NCBI GenBank assembly: GCA_963749495.1
Contig: CAVVMW010000006.1
Coordinates: 672,001-736,000, forward strand
Source: an uncultured bacterium
Lineage (GTDB): Bacteria > Verrucomicrobiota > Verrucomicrobiia > Limisphaerales > UBA8199
Reading direction: 5' to 3'
DNA: 64,000 bases
In this document: piece by piece, positions 43,314 to 53,227 of the stretch
How positions within the stretch are numbered: position 1 is the stretch's first letter
How the letters are laid out: each line of letters starts with the position of its first letter
The notes under the pieces: model-generated
The model's input: only the letters and a program-made list of their open reading frames with translations
What the model was told of the DNA's origin: nothing
The model's database searches: none
Made by a program: the position numbers and the translations under genes

Positions 43314-44502
43314 TCAGGACCTTTGTGTGCCACCTCTGCGTTCTCTGGCAGCTTCATAGGCCTTTCGGAAATTCCTCGCCATCAACTCGGGCGAGAGATA
43401 GGCGCGGGCGCGGGCGAGGGTTTCGGGTTCGACCAGGCCCTTGCCGAAGAGCGGGTCGGCGGCGGCCGCGCGGATGGCCTGGATGAAGCCATCGAGGTCG
43501 CCGGGAGCAAACAAGAGGCCGTTCTTGCCTGGAGTCACGTAGTCGGGGATGCCGCCGGTTTGGGCGGCGACGACCGGGAAGGCCGGCGACAACGGCTTCC
43601 TTGACGGCGTTGGGGCTGACATCGGCGCGGGTTGGCAGGAGGAGCAGGACCGGGGTTTCGAGTGCCTTGGCGACCTGGTCGGGCAGGAGGAGGTGCTGGA
43701 CGTTGACCTGCTGCCAAAGGGCGGGGGAGACCATCGGCTTGAGGGAGTCGAGGTAGTGCGCGTTGCCGCTGCTGATCAGGTGCAACTGGAAGGGGAAGTC
43801 CAGGCGGTCCAGGGCCTGAAAGAGCAAATCGGTGCCCTTGCGCAGGCCCAGCGTCCCGACCGAGATGAGGCGCAACGGGTGGGTCTGCGGCCGGCGCTGC
43901 ACACGGAAGAAGGCCGGGTTGGGCGCGTGCTCGGCCTGTTGAATGCGCATTTGCGGATAGCGGGCCCGGAGGTACTGGACGGCGTAGTTGGATTCCGTGG
44001 TGACCACGGGCGCGCGCCGGAAGCAAGCGCGTTCCAGCCGCTCGATGAACCGGTCGTAGCGGGGCATGGGCACCCGCTCCTTGTACCAGGCGAAAAGGCC
44101 CTGGACCGTCATGACATAGGGCAGGCCCAGGCGATGGGCCACGAGCGGGGCGCCCTTTTCCATGCCCCAGGCATGGACCAGGTCCGGCCGGGTGCGGCGG
44201 CACACCCGCCGGATCAGGAGTGTGTCGAGCCAAAAGAGCGAGCCGACCCGCAGCCACGGCGGGGCCTTGAGCACGTGAAACCTCGTCCCGTCGCGCTCGA
44301 AGGAGAAGGAACGTTCGATCCGGTGCCGCAAGACGATCACCTCGATGCGAAGGGCCGGGTCTTTCTGGAACTCCGACAGCAGGACCATCTGCCAGGTCGC
44401 CCCGTGCCGGCGCGGCGAGGCCCTCAACGGCTCCGGCACATCCGGCAGCCATTCCACCGGGTAATCCGAGAGCCAGGCGACGGTTAAAGGCGCGTCAGGC
44501 AT
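43314..44502 (-). CDS. Glycosyltransferase family 4; frameshift near 43580
   Basis: PDLVHAWG, RKG, 'EAVVAGLP', continuing in the next frame as 'VVAAQTGGIPD'. Confidence 0.85.
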
Positions 44503-44515
44503 AGGGGGCGGGCGG

Positions 44516-44598
44516 ACCTTTGTCGCAGCCTTTGTCGCGGCCTTTGTCGAATGCGCCATTTCTCGACGAAGGTTGCGACAAAGGCTGCGACAAAGGTG
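44516..44598. repeat. Inverted 12-mer tracts (CTTTGTCGCAGC family)
   Basis: Three CTTTGTCG units mirrored by three CGACAAAG-like units. Confidence 0.85.
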
Positions 44599-44618
44599 CC
44601 AATGTTGGGTCGTTCGAT

Positions 44619-45035
44619 TTAGAACTGCCGCTCATATTCCTTCGGAGTTTTGGGGCCGGGTTGCGGGCGGTGCATCCAGTAGCTGGGAGCCTGGCGGTCA
44701 AGCTTGAGGCGCAGGAAGTCCTTGCCCAGCACCCGCGCGGCCAGGCCGATCGGGGTGATCACCAGGAAGAAAAACGCGGTCAGAATCACATGCGAGACCA
44801 CAAAGCCCAGCGCGAGGGCCAGGCCCATCCAGCCCAGATAGACCGGCTTGAGGGCCTTGGGCAGGGCCAGGCCAAACGCCAACAGGCAGGCGCCTGGCGT
44901 CAGGAACCAAGGGAAATATCCCTTGCCGCGCGCCCACATCACCAGGCCCAGGACGGCAAAGACCCCGCCGACTAACAACCCGAACTTGCGCAACTCCCGC
45001 GCGCCGGTCTTGAGTTCTCGAAGGTCGGTGATCAT
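44619..45035 (-). CDS. SxtJ-family membrane protein
   Basis: 'ELRKFG', 'WMGLALALG...FFLVITPIG', 'SYW' and terminal 'YERQF'. Confidence 0.85.
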   Translation of the reverse strand: MITDLRELKTGARELRKFGLLVGGVFAVLGLVMWARGKGYFPWFLTPGACLLAFGLALPKALKPVYLGWMGLALALGFVVSHVILTAFFFLVITPIGLAARVLGKDFLRLKLDRQAPSYWMHRPQPGPKTPKEYERQF

Positions 45036-45193
45036 CGGGCATGGCTCAGGGTTCAAGGTTCATGGTTCAGGGTTCACGTTCTGTTTGAGTTCTTGGAGGT
45101 CGTTGATCATCGCCCAAGGTTCACGTTTCACGTTTCACGTTCTGTTTGAGTTCTCGAAGGTGGTTGGACATCACGCACTCCGCGGGCGCCCCG

Positions 45194-47011
45194 TCAATCC
45201 AGTTCAAATTCCTTGAGCCAATCGATGTCCTTGTCGAGCGGCTTCTGCTCGGTTTTTTCCAGCAGGAAATTGCCCAGCACCAGGCAGTCCATGTTAGTGC
45301 GCATGAAACAGAGGTAGGCGTGCTCGGGCGTGCAGACAATCGGCTCGCCGCGCACGTTGAACGAGGTGTTGATGATGAGCGGGCAGCCGGATTTGTCGGC
45401 GAAGGTCTTGATGAGGCGGTAAAAGAGCGGGTGGGCGGCCTCGGTGATGGTCTGGACGCGGGCGGAGAAATCAACGTGGGTCACGGCCGGGATGGTTGAG
45501 CGCAGGGTCAGGAGTTTTTCCAGCCCGAAGCGGGCCTGTTCGGCGGCGGAGAGTTGGCGGCGCTGGCGCCGGGCCACGGGGGCGATCAGGAGCATGTAGG
45601 GACTTTCGCCGTCCAAGTCGAAGTATTCGGAGACCCGTTCCCGCAAGACGGTGGGGGCGAAGGGCCGGAAGCTCTCGCGGAACTTGATCTTGAGGTTCAT
45701 CAACTCCTGCATTTTGGGGGAGCGGGCGTCGCCGAGGATCGAGCGCGCCCCCAGAGCGCGCGGGCCAAACTCCATCCGGCCCTGGAACCAGCCGATGACT
45801 TTGCCCGCCTGGATGAGGTCGGCGACGCGTTCGGGCAACTGCTCATCGCTCAGCTCGATGAACGGGGCCTGGCGCTGGGCCAGGAAGCGGCGAATCTCCT
45901 CCTTGGAAAAGCCGGGGCCCAGGAACGAGCCGCGCTGGGCGTCGGTCCGGCCATCGGCCTGGCGGGGCTGCTCCAGGTAATGGTGCCAGGCGAGCAGGGC
46001 GGCGCCCAGGGCGCCGCCGGCATCGCCAGCGGCCGGCTGTATCCAGATATTGTCGAAGACCGCCTGGCGCAGGATGCGCCCGTTGGCCACGCAGTTGAGG
46101 GCCACGCCCCCCGCCAGGCAGAGCCGCCGGCACCCGGTCTGCCGCCGCACGTGCCGCGCCATCCGCAACAGGATCTCCTCCGTCACATCCTGTATCGAGC
46201 GCGCCAGGTCCATGTCCCGCTGTGTCAACCGCGATTCGGGCCGCCGCGGCGGGCCGCCCAACAGCCGCTCCAGCCGGCGGTGGGTCATGGTCAGGCCTAC
46301 CCCGTAGTTGAAATAGCGCATGTTCAGCCTGAACGAGCCGTCCGCCTTGAGGTCCAGCAACTCGCGCAGGATGAGGTCCGCGTATTTGGGCTCGCCGTAG
46401 GGGGCCAGGCCCATGAGCTTGTATTCGCCCGAGTTGACCTTGAACCCGGTGAGGTAGGTAAAGGCCGAGTAGAGCAGGCCCAGGGAATGAGGAAACTGCA
46501 ATTCGCTCTGGATTTCCACCCGGTTGCCGCGGCCCACCCCGAAGCTGGTCGTGGTCCATTCCCCGACGCCGTCCACGGTCAGGAACGCCGCCTCGTCAAA
46601 CGGGGAAGGGAAAAAGGCGGCGGCGGCGTGGGACTCATGGTGTTCGGCAAAGATGAGCTTGCCCTGGTAACCGAGTTCCGTGCGGATGAGGTCCTTCATC
46701 CAGATGCGTTCGCGTATCCAGAGCGGGATGGCCATCAGGAACGAGCGCAGCCCGGCCGGGGCGTAGGCCAGGTAGGTGTGCAGGATGCGGTCGAACTTGA
46801 GAAACGGTTTCTCGTAGAACGCCACCACGTCGAGGCTGGCGGCGTCGATGCCGCCTTCGAGCAGGCAGTAGGCGGCGGCCTGGCGCGGAAAGGCGGCGTC
46901 ATGTTTCTTGCGTGTGAACCGCTCCTCCTGGGCCGCCGCCACCACCGCGCCGTCGCGAACGAGACACGCCGCGCTGTCGTGATAAAATGCCGAGATGCCG
47001 AGGATGTTCAC
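45194..47011 (-). CDS. Carbamoyltransferase, NodU/CmcH family
   Basis: ISAFYHDSAA, QEERF, EHHESH, DGVGE, GEYKLMGL, EFGPRALG, RESFRPFAP and NTSFN motifs. Confidence 0.95.
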   Translation of the reverse strand: MNILGISAFYHDSAACLVRDGAVVAAAQEERFTRKKHDAAFPRQAAAYCLLEGGIDAASLDVVAFYEKPFLKFDRILHTYLAYAPAGLRSFLMAIPLWIRERIWMKDLIRTELGYQGKLIFAEHHESHAAAAFFPSPFDEAAFLTVDGVGEWTTTSFGVGRGNRVEIQSELQFPHSLGLLYSAFTYLTGFKVNSGEYKLMGLAPYGEPKYADLILRELLDLKADGSFRLNMRYFNYGVGLTMTHRRLERLLGGPPRRPESRLTQRDMDLARSIQDVTEEILLRMARHVRRQTGCRRLCLAGGVALNCVANGRILRQAVFDNIWIQPAAGDAGGALGAALLAWHHYLEQPRQADGRTDAQRGSFLGPGFSKEEIRRFLAQRQAPFIELSDEQLPERVADLIQAGKVIGWFQGRMEFGPRALGARSILGDARSPKMQELMNLKIKFRESFRPFAPTVLRERVSEYFDLDGESPYMLLIAPVARRQRRQLSAAEQARFGLEKLLTLRSTIPAVTHVDFSARVQTITEAAHPLFYRLIKTFADKSGCPLIINTSFNVRGEPIVCTPEHAYLCFMRTNMDCLVLGNFLLEKTEQKPLDKDIDWLKEFELD

Positions 47012-47121
47012 TGGTTCAGTGGCCTACTGTTCTTATTGAATGATCCTCCGGCGGGCAAGCGCAAAGCCTGGGCGTTATCAGCAATACGCCATTGATTATT
47101 TTCAGGATGAAGACGGGAGAT

Positions 47122-47424
47122 TCACCGCGGCCAGCTTGCCCCGGAGCGCTTGGATCGCCGCGGACTCGTACGCCGCAAACGTGGCCGCGTCCCGTTGAAC
47201 TTGAAATCCCTAAAGAAGTTCGGCTCAAGCTTCGGATCGGCCAGGTCCGGATCGCGAAGGGTATGTTCAATCCAGGCCACGGACCGGGTCAGCCGCTGAG
47301 CCGCTTCCTTCCGGTGCGTGTTGAAATCCGCCGGCAGCCCCTTCTCCACGGCGGCCAGTTCGCCCAGGATCCAATCTCCCCGGCGTTTCAGATCCAACAA
47401 CAGCTTTTGGAGCAGACTCGCCAT
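47122..47424 (-). pseudogene. Probable truncated hypothetical gene
   Basis: ATG overlaps the upstream stop; helical protein-like for about 75 aa, then degenerates. Confidence 0.45.
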
Positions 47425-47855
47425 CAAATCCGGCGCAGCCGTCGAAAGGCCGCGGAAGCCGTCGCGTCTGCCGCTTCGCAAACAATGTCCAAGACTCTGA
47501 ACGCCGGTTCGCGCAGCGCCGCCCCCTTCGCCAGGTCATCCACCACTCCCCGCAGTGCAGTGATCGTCTCCTGCATCTCGCCTTTCGCACGCTTGCGCAG
47601 CCGCTCCAGCACGTCGGCCGGCACCTGCGCTTGGTCGGCAGTCCACGGCTTGCCCTCGTCCTGTAGCGCCGCGACCAGCGAATCCAGTAAAGACTTCAGG
47701 TCCTGCCGGGCCTGTTTGACCGTCTCGTCAGTTTCTCCGTTGCCGACCCGGCCCAATAAATAGCGCCGCTTAAGAGTCAAGACGGCGTCATTGAATTTCC
47801 GCGCGAACTCCGCGTTCAAAGCGTAGTCGTGCGCAATAATGGATAACTCGCTCAT
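47424..47855 (-). CDS. Hypothetical alpha-helical protein
   Basis: 143 aa ORF with a strong AAGGAG Shine-Dalgarno upstream. Confidence 0.75.
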   Translation of the reverse strand: MSELSIIAHDYALNAEFARKFNDAVLTLKRRYLLGRVGNGETDETVKQARQDLKSLLDSLVAALQDEGKPWTADQAQVPADVLERLRKRAKGEMQETITALRGVVDDLAKGAALREPAFRVLDIVCEAADATASAAFRRLRRI

Positions 47856-47911
47856 ACATTAAACTCCTTTTTACCGCAACAGTCTGTCAGTCGAAATGGA
47901 CCATTGAAAGC

Positions 47912-48292
47912 TCATCCATTTCCTTTTTCCTTTTTCGTTCCAGGGCGAGCGGATTGTCGCGATTCCAGAAGATCAAGCAAAGCGTCCCAGTCCTTAGGAG
48001 AAGCGATCTCTTGAGCCCGCTGAAAAAACCGGCGAGCTTTTTCACTTCCCGCCAGCTTCGCGAGCTCAGGTGGCAGCTTGTTTGCCAACTGGAGCAATTC
48101 CATCGCGTCAACTTCCAGAGCTTTCGCTAAATCACGAATCGTTTCGACCCCCGGCAAATAGTCCAATCGGTCGTTCTCGATCTTCGATAAATACGTAAAA
48201 TCCACCCCAGCCGCCTCAGCCAACGCGCGAAGCGTCATGCCCTTTTCCTGGCGGAGTTCCCGCAGTTTAGCACCAAATCCCGTTTGCATCAT
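47912..48292 (-). CDS. XRE-family HTH transcriptional regulator
   Basis: 'FGAKLRELRQEKGMTLRALAEAAGVDFTYLSKIEN'. Confidence 0.92.
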   Translation of the reverse strand: MMQTGFGAKLRELRQEKGMTLRALAEAAGVDFTYLSKIENDRLDYLPGVETIRDLAKALEVDAMELLQLANKLPPELAKLAGSEKARRFFQRAQEIASPKDWDALLDLLESRQSARPGTKKEKGNG

Positions 48293-48309
48293 GAGCGAAA
48301 CATACCAAA

Positions 48310-48328
48310 TGTTGACTTGAAGTCAACA
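48310..48328. promoter_or_regulatory. Palindromic operator overlapping the XRE promoter
   Basis: Perfect 9-1-9 palindrome TGTTGACTT-G-AAGTCAACA, containing the minus-strand -35 TTGACT. Confidence 0.75.
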
Positions 48329-48454
48329 CCAATATTGAGTTTTTTTGTAACTACTCAGGTCCGAGCGGGGCCGGGTGAACAGCGGCGGAGAGAGGCCGCA
48401 AAATACTTTGATTTTGTACGGGACTCCCCCAAATCCACCTGGTAATCTGGGCGC

Positions 48455-49342
48455 GTGCTCGAAGCCGAAATCATTCAAGGCCGCAAAATCAGTAACGTCC
48501 AGATCGGCGAGATTAGGGCCTTGATTGAGGCCCATCCGCTTTGGAGCCGCTGGCGCTTGTCGCAGGTGTTGGCTCAGCGATGGCAATGGTATTCGGCCTC
48601 CGGCCAGCTCAAAGACATGGCGGCTCGGACGCTGTTACTCAAGCTGCAGCGGCGCCAACTCATTGCACTGCCGGAACGCCGGCGAATGCCGGTTGGACGA
48701 GGTCCGCTGCTGAGTCTCGAGCTTTTTGACTCAGTGGTTCCTGAGCCGATCCGGGCGGACTTGTCTTCGCTGCTGCCCCTGGAGGTGCAAGTGGTCCGCC
48801 CCAGGCATCCGGACTATCCTCGGTTTCAGCGGTATTTGGCCCGGCACCATTACCTGAGCTATGGCGGCCCAGTTGGGGAGAACCTGGGCTATTTGATTAG
48901 GAGTTGCGCGGGAGCGGATCTGGCGTGCCTGCTCTTTGGAGCGGCGGCCTGGCAGTGCGCGCCTCGCGATCGGTGGATCGGTTGGTCGGCCCAGCAACGG
49001 GCTGCCGGCTTGCCGTTGATCGCCAACAATAGCCGGTTCCTGATTTTGCCTTGGGTTGGAGTCCAGCGTCTGGCCAGCCACATTCTTGGTCGAATCGCCC
49101 AGCGGATCGATGCCGACTGGCAAGCGCGCTACCATCATCGTCTTTACCTGCTGGAGACCTTTGTGCAACCGGACCGCTTCCGGGGCACCGCTTACCAGGC
49201 GGCCAACTGGATTCGGGTGGGCCAAACCCGCGGACGAACCCGCCAGAATGAGCGGCACCGGGACAATCAGGTCCATGCGCCTTGCAAGGACATTTACCTT
49301 TATCCTTTAACTGCAGATGTGCCTGGCCAACTCTGTGATTAA
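48455..49342 (+). CDS. DUF4338 (DruA-like) domain protein
   Basis: HHYL, AAWQCAPRDRWIGW, NNSRFLILPW, LASHILG, LETFV and G.AY.AANW..VG.T.G motifs. Confidence 0.88.
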   Translation: MLEAEIIQGRKISNVQIGEIRALIEAHPLWSRWRLSQVLAQRWQWYSASGQLKDMAARTLLLKLQRRQLIALPERRRMPVGRGPLLSLELFDSVVPEPIRADLSSLLPLEVQVVRPRHPDYPRFQRYLARHHYLSYGGPVGENLGYLIRSCAGADLACLLFGAAAWQCAPRDRWIGWSAQQRAAGLPLIANNSRFLILPWVGVQRLASHILGRIAQRIDADWQARYHHRLYLLETFVQPDRFRGTAYQAANWIRVGQTRGRTRQNERHRDNQVHAPCKDIYLYPLTADVPGQLCD

Positions 49343-50753
49343 AGACCGCAACGGGCTCATGGCGTTGGGCCGGGCCGACTTGGCTGGATTGGTCGACTAC
49401 ACTTTGGAGTTACAAGCCGAGAATGCCCGCCTGCGGGACGCGGCCTCCCAGAATAGCGGTAACAGTTCGCGCCCTCCTTCCACGGACGGCCCCGAAAAGC
49501 CCAAACCCAAGAGCCTGCGAAAAAAGTCCGGGCGCCCCTCCGGCGGTCAACCCGGCCATCCCGGTCGCACCCTCCAACCCAGCCAAAAGCCCAAGCACAT
49601 CCAGATTCATCCGCTGCTGGAGTGTGGGTGCGGCGAGGATCTTTCCCAGGAACCGGCGGTGGATTTTGAGCCTCGCCAAGTCTTCGACTTGCCCACGCTG
49701 ACCTTGGAATGCACCGAGCATCGAGCTGAAATCAAAGAGTGCCCCATCTGCGGGCGAACCTGCCGGGCTGATTTTCCGCTCGACATTAAAGCCCCGGTCC
49801 AATACGGGAAGAACTTTCGCGCCTTGCTGACCTACCTCTACGACGCCCAAGAGGGGGCCAGCCGCCGCATCCGCGAAATGGGCCAGGAGATGTTCGGCTT
49901 TGCCGTCAGTGAAGGCACCCTGCAAAGCGCTCGCCAAGAACAATACCAGGGGCTGCAACCTTTTGAAGAGCGCCTGGTGGAAATCCTGCCCCAAGAACCC
50001 ATTCTCCACGGCGACGAAACCAGCGTGCCCATCAACAAGGTCACCCATTGGCTGCACGTCATTTGCACGCCCCTGCTGACGTTTTTGAGCGTCCAACTCA
50101 CCCGAGGCAAAGAGGCGATGCAAGCCATGGGCGTCATCCCCCGATTCAAGGGTTGGTTGATGCATGACTTCCACGCCAGCTACTTAACCTTTGAGAACTG
50201 CCTTCACACCTTCTGCAAAAGCCACCTGATGCGCGAATTGGTGTTCCTCTTTGAGCAACACCACCAACAATGGGCCAAAGACCTTTACGACCTCTTCCTG
50301 GAGATGTTGAAGTGCGTCAAGGATCGAAAGGCTCGGGATGCACCCTTGACGCCAGCCGAGGTGGACCGGTGGTATCAGCAATACAGGAAGGTAATACGCG
50401 CTGGCCGCCAAGCCAATCCGCTCACCCCGGAGCAAATGAAGAAAAAGCGCCCCAAGCAATCCAAAGAACAGAACTTATTGGATCGGCTCCAGGGCTGCGA
50501 TGAATGCATTCTGGCATTCCTGTCGAACTTCACATTGCCCTTTACCAACAACGAAGCCGAACGCGACTTCCGCATGATCAAGGTCCGGGTGGAGATATCT
50601 GGCTGCTTTCGCACTCTGGAAGGCGCCCGTTGTCACGCACGCATCCGTAGTTACATCGCGACCCTGCGCAAGCACGGCCTGCCGGTGCTCGAACACCTCC
50701 GCAACACCCTCGACGGTCATCCCTTTCTGCCGGTGGGATCCAAAACGCCCTGA
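49335..50753 (+). CDS. IS66-family transposase (TnpC type)
   Basis: NSSRPPSTD, GGQPGHPG, Zn-finger, HGDET, CKSHLMRE and FTNNEAERDFR motifs. Confidence 0.93.
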   Translation: MIKDRNGLMALGRADLAGLVDYTLELQAENARLRDAASQNSGNSSRPPSTDGPEKPKPKSLRKKSGRPSGGQPGHPGRTLQPSQKPKHIQIHPLLECGCGEDLSQEPAVDFEPRQVFDLPTLTLECTEHRAEIKECPICGRTCRADFPLDIKAPVQYGKNFRALLTYLYDAQEGASRRIREMGQEMFGFAVSEGTLQSARQEQYQGLQPFEERLVEILPQEPILHGDETSVPINKVTHWLHVICTPLLTFLSVQLTRGKEAMQAMGVIPRFKGWLMHDFHASYLTFENCLHTFCKSHLMRELVFLFEQHHQQWAKDLYDLFLEMLKCVKDRKARDAPLTPAEVDRWYQQYRKVIRAGRQANPLTPEQMKKKRPKQSKEQNLLDRLQGCDECILAFLSNFTLPFTNNEAERDFRMIKVRVEISGCFRTLEGARCHARIRSYIATLRKHGLPVLEHLRNTLDGHPFLPVGSKTP

Positions 50754-50761
50754 GTAGTTAC

Positions 50762-52747
50762 GTGGGCTATTGGCCGATGCTCGAAGGCAGCGGCGGGACT
50801 GTGACGGACTTGACGGTCGGCGCTGACCCGCTCCTGCTCGGCGGCGGCACTGCCACCAACCAGCCGGCCTGGACGACCGCAACGTATCCATTCCGCGCCC
50901 TGACCAACACCGTAACCGGCGCCAGCCTCACCATTGCCCTGCCAGGCAGTGATCCCAATGGCCGTCCTTTGACTGCCAGCATCATTCAATTGCCCGCTTA
51001 CGGTTCGTTGTATCAGACCCCCGATGGCCTCACCCTGGGCGCGCCGATTACTCACACGCCGAGCCTGGTGACCGATGCCCAGCGCCGGGTTATTTACGTT
51101 CCGCCCGCCGGGCTCAACGTGCTCGACCGTTTCCGCTACACCGTCAACAATGGCTTGGCGGATTCCGCCCCGGCCTCCGTTGTGCTCAACGCCATTTTCA
51201 ATCCCAATTCTATCCTGACCATCAACGCCCCAACCAATGTCACGCTTCTGGCGGGCGCATCTTCCAATCTCGTCATCCAAATCACCGCCGATTATCCCAT
51301 CCTGCAGGCGGACTTTGTCCCAACGAACCCCCCGCCGGCCTTCGTTTCCGTGGCCTCGCGCAGCTTTGGCCTCCTCGGCACCAATGGCACCGCCACCGTG
51401 ACCCTGCAACTCAACCCGCTCCACGATGCCGCCGGCAGCTACGTTCTCAGCCTGGGCGCCGTGGCTCAGAACGGCGCCAGCGGGGTCGTCAACATCCCGG
51501 TCACCGTGTTGCCCAACCCAGCCCTCACCGCCACTCACTGGACAAACGCCGTCAGCGGCAACTGGAGCGACGCCTCCAAATGGAGCGCCGGCCTGCCCAC
51601 TAACGGAACGGTGGCCGTCATTGACGCCGTCGGCACCTACACCGTCACCCTGGACACTTCCGTCTCCGCCTCTGGCATCGTCCTGAACCAGGGCAATGCG
51701 GTCCTGAGCATTCCAACCGACCGGACCATCAACGCGCCCATCGAACTGCGCGCCGGCCAGTTCGCTCTTACCGGAGGCACGCTCACTCTTAATTCGCCCC
51801 TGGTGAACCTGGGCACGATGCGCTGGCCCAGTGGTTACAACACCGTGGCTCTCCAAGGCAGCGGGTGCGTGGAGAACGAGGGCTTGTGGGAGGTCGGCGG
51901 CTATGGGGGCGGCTGGTATAACGAATCGTGGGTGCGAGTGCCGGTGAGTGTGACCGCCGGGGCCACGCTGCAACTGGACGACAATGCCCGGCTGGCCTTT
52001 GGGGCCGGCTCCAGCCTGGGTATGGCGGGCACCCTCCTAATCGGCACCAATGCCCAATTGCACTTCGACAACAGCACGCCGGCGCGTGACCTGACCTTCC
52101 TCCCCGGCAGCGCCTGGTCTGGCCCGGGCACGACACTCATCGATGGCACTAATCGGGTGGTGATCGCCGGCAACGTGACTTTGGGTGGCGGCCTCTTGAG
52201 CCTCGTCGGCGGCAGCGTCCTGGCTGGCACGAACCTGTTGACCATCGCCAACGGAGCGACGCTCCAGCTCGATCACTCTGCAACCTTCCCCGGCTCAGTC
52301 ACGGTTGATGGGACGCTCACGCTGGCTTCGAGCGGTGTGACCTTTGGCATCCAGGGCACGCTCACGCTGGGCGCTTCCGGCACAATCAACAATCCGGGCG
52401 CGATTCTGGCGGGCGCCTTTGCCGATAACGGCGGCGCCATCAACGGCAACGCCCCGGCCGGCCATCCGCTGGCAGTGCGGATTATCCGAGTGGCTCTGGC
52501 CGCGAGTTTGGGGCAGAGCGAGGTGAGAACTCCTTTCCCAGCCTCGTCGGGCTTGCGAACGGTGAATTTGGATTGTCTGGGAGCGCCCGGCCAAAGATTC
52601 ATCCTGGAGACCTCGCTCGACCTTCTCCAATGGCGCCCCATCACAGCGAATTTCCTGGAAACCTCTCCCGGACGCTTCCACATTTCCGCTCCTGTGCCCG
52701 ATGCGCCCAGGCGTTTCTTCCGCCTTCGCATAGCAACGCCCAATTAG
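50762..52747 (+). pseudogene. 3' part of a large surface/adhesin-like protein truncated by the IS
   Basis: Begins mid-domain ('VGYWPMLEGSG', LamG-like) directly at the IS end; Ig-like repeat, T/G/N-rich beta repeats, C-terminal 'ETSLDLLQW...RFFRLR'. Confidence 0.75.
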
Positions 52748-52754
52748 CCTAAGT

Positions 52755-52890
52755 GGGCCCGGAGGGCCGAAGGCCCGCAATGTGAAAGCCTGGGGTGAAG
52801 CGCGCCGCGCGCAGCCCCAGGTAAGGGCCGAAAGAGACCTTTCCTCCCTGTAGGGGCGGAAGAGGGCTTTTTCAGGCCCTTGGGGCTCTG
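52755..52890. repeat. REP-like palindromic cluster
   Basis: GGGCCGAAGGCCC and CCTGGGG/CCCCAGG hairpins. Confidence 0.65.
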
Positions 52891-53227
52891 CCAGCTTCTT
52901 CAACTGCCGTTTTTAGGATGAAGCAAGGGTGGGACTGAACCTAAGGAGCGGTCTCTGCTCTGAGGCGGCCGGCGTGGGCATGAAAAAGGCTTGCATCGGC
53001 GGCCGAGAGTGCCATAGTGCCTCCCATTAGAGGAAGCGCCCGGCTACTGGACGTGTGCGGACGTCCTTTTCTTTGTTTCCAGCAGTGATCGGGCGCAAGA
53101 TGCATGCGATGAAAAAAAGAGCCGCATGGAACCTGGTGGCAATGCCGCTGAACGACGGCGGGACGCTTCTAGTGCCCCTGCCCACCCTTCAGACTCGCTA
53201 CTCATGCGCGGCGACTCGATGGAGCCT

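Larger units (their letters stand above)
48347..50761 (+). mobile_element. IS66-family insertion sequence with a DUF4338 gene
   Basis: 13-bp terminal inverted repeats GTAACTACTCAGG (48347-48359) and CCTGAGTAGTTAC (50749-50761); GTAA ends typical of IS66; no target duplication. Confidence 0.9.

Noticed and set aside
44619..47011. Saxitoxin biosynthesis (sxtI/sxtJ-like genes)
   Set aside because: Carbamoyltransferase plus SxtJ-family pairs are widespread. The neighbours are glycosyltransferases and no other sxt genes are present.
48455..49342. Druantia defence system
   Set aside because: Only a DUF4338 gene is present, inside IS inverted repeats, with no DruE helicase or other dru genes.
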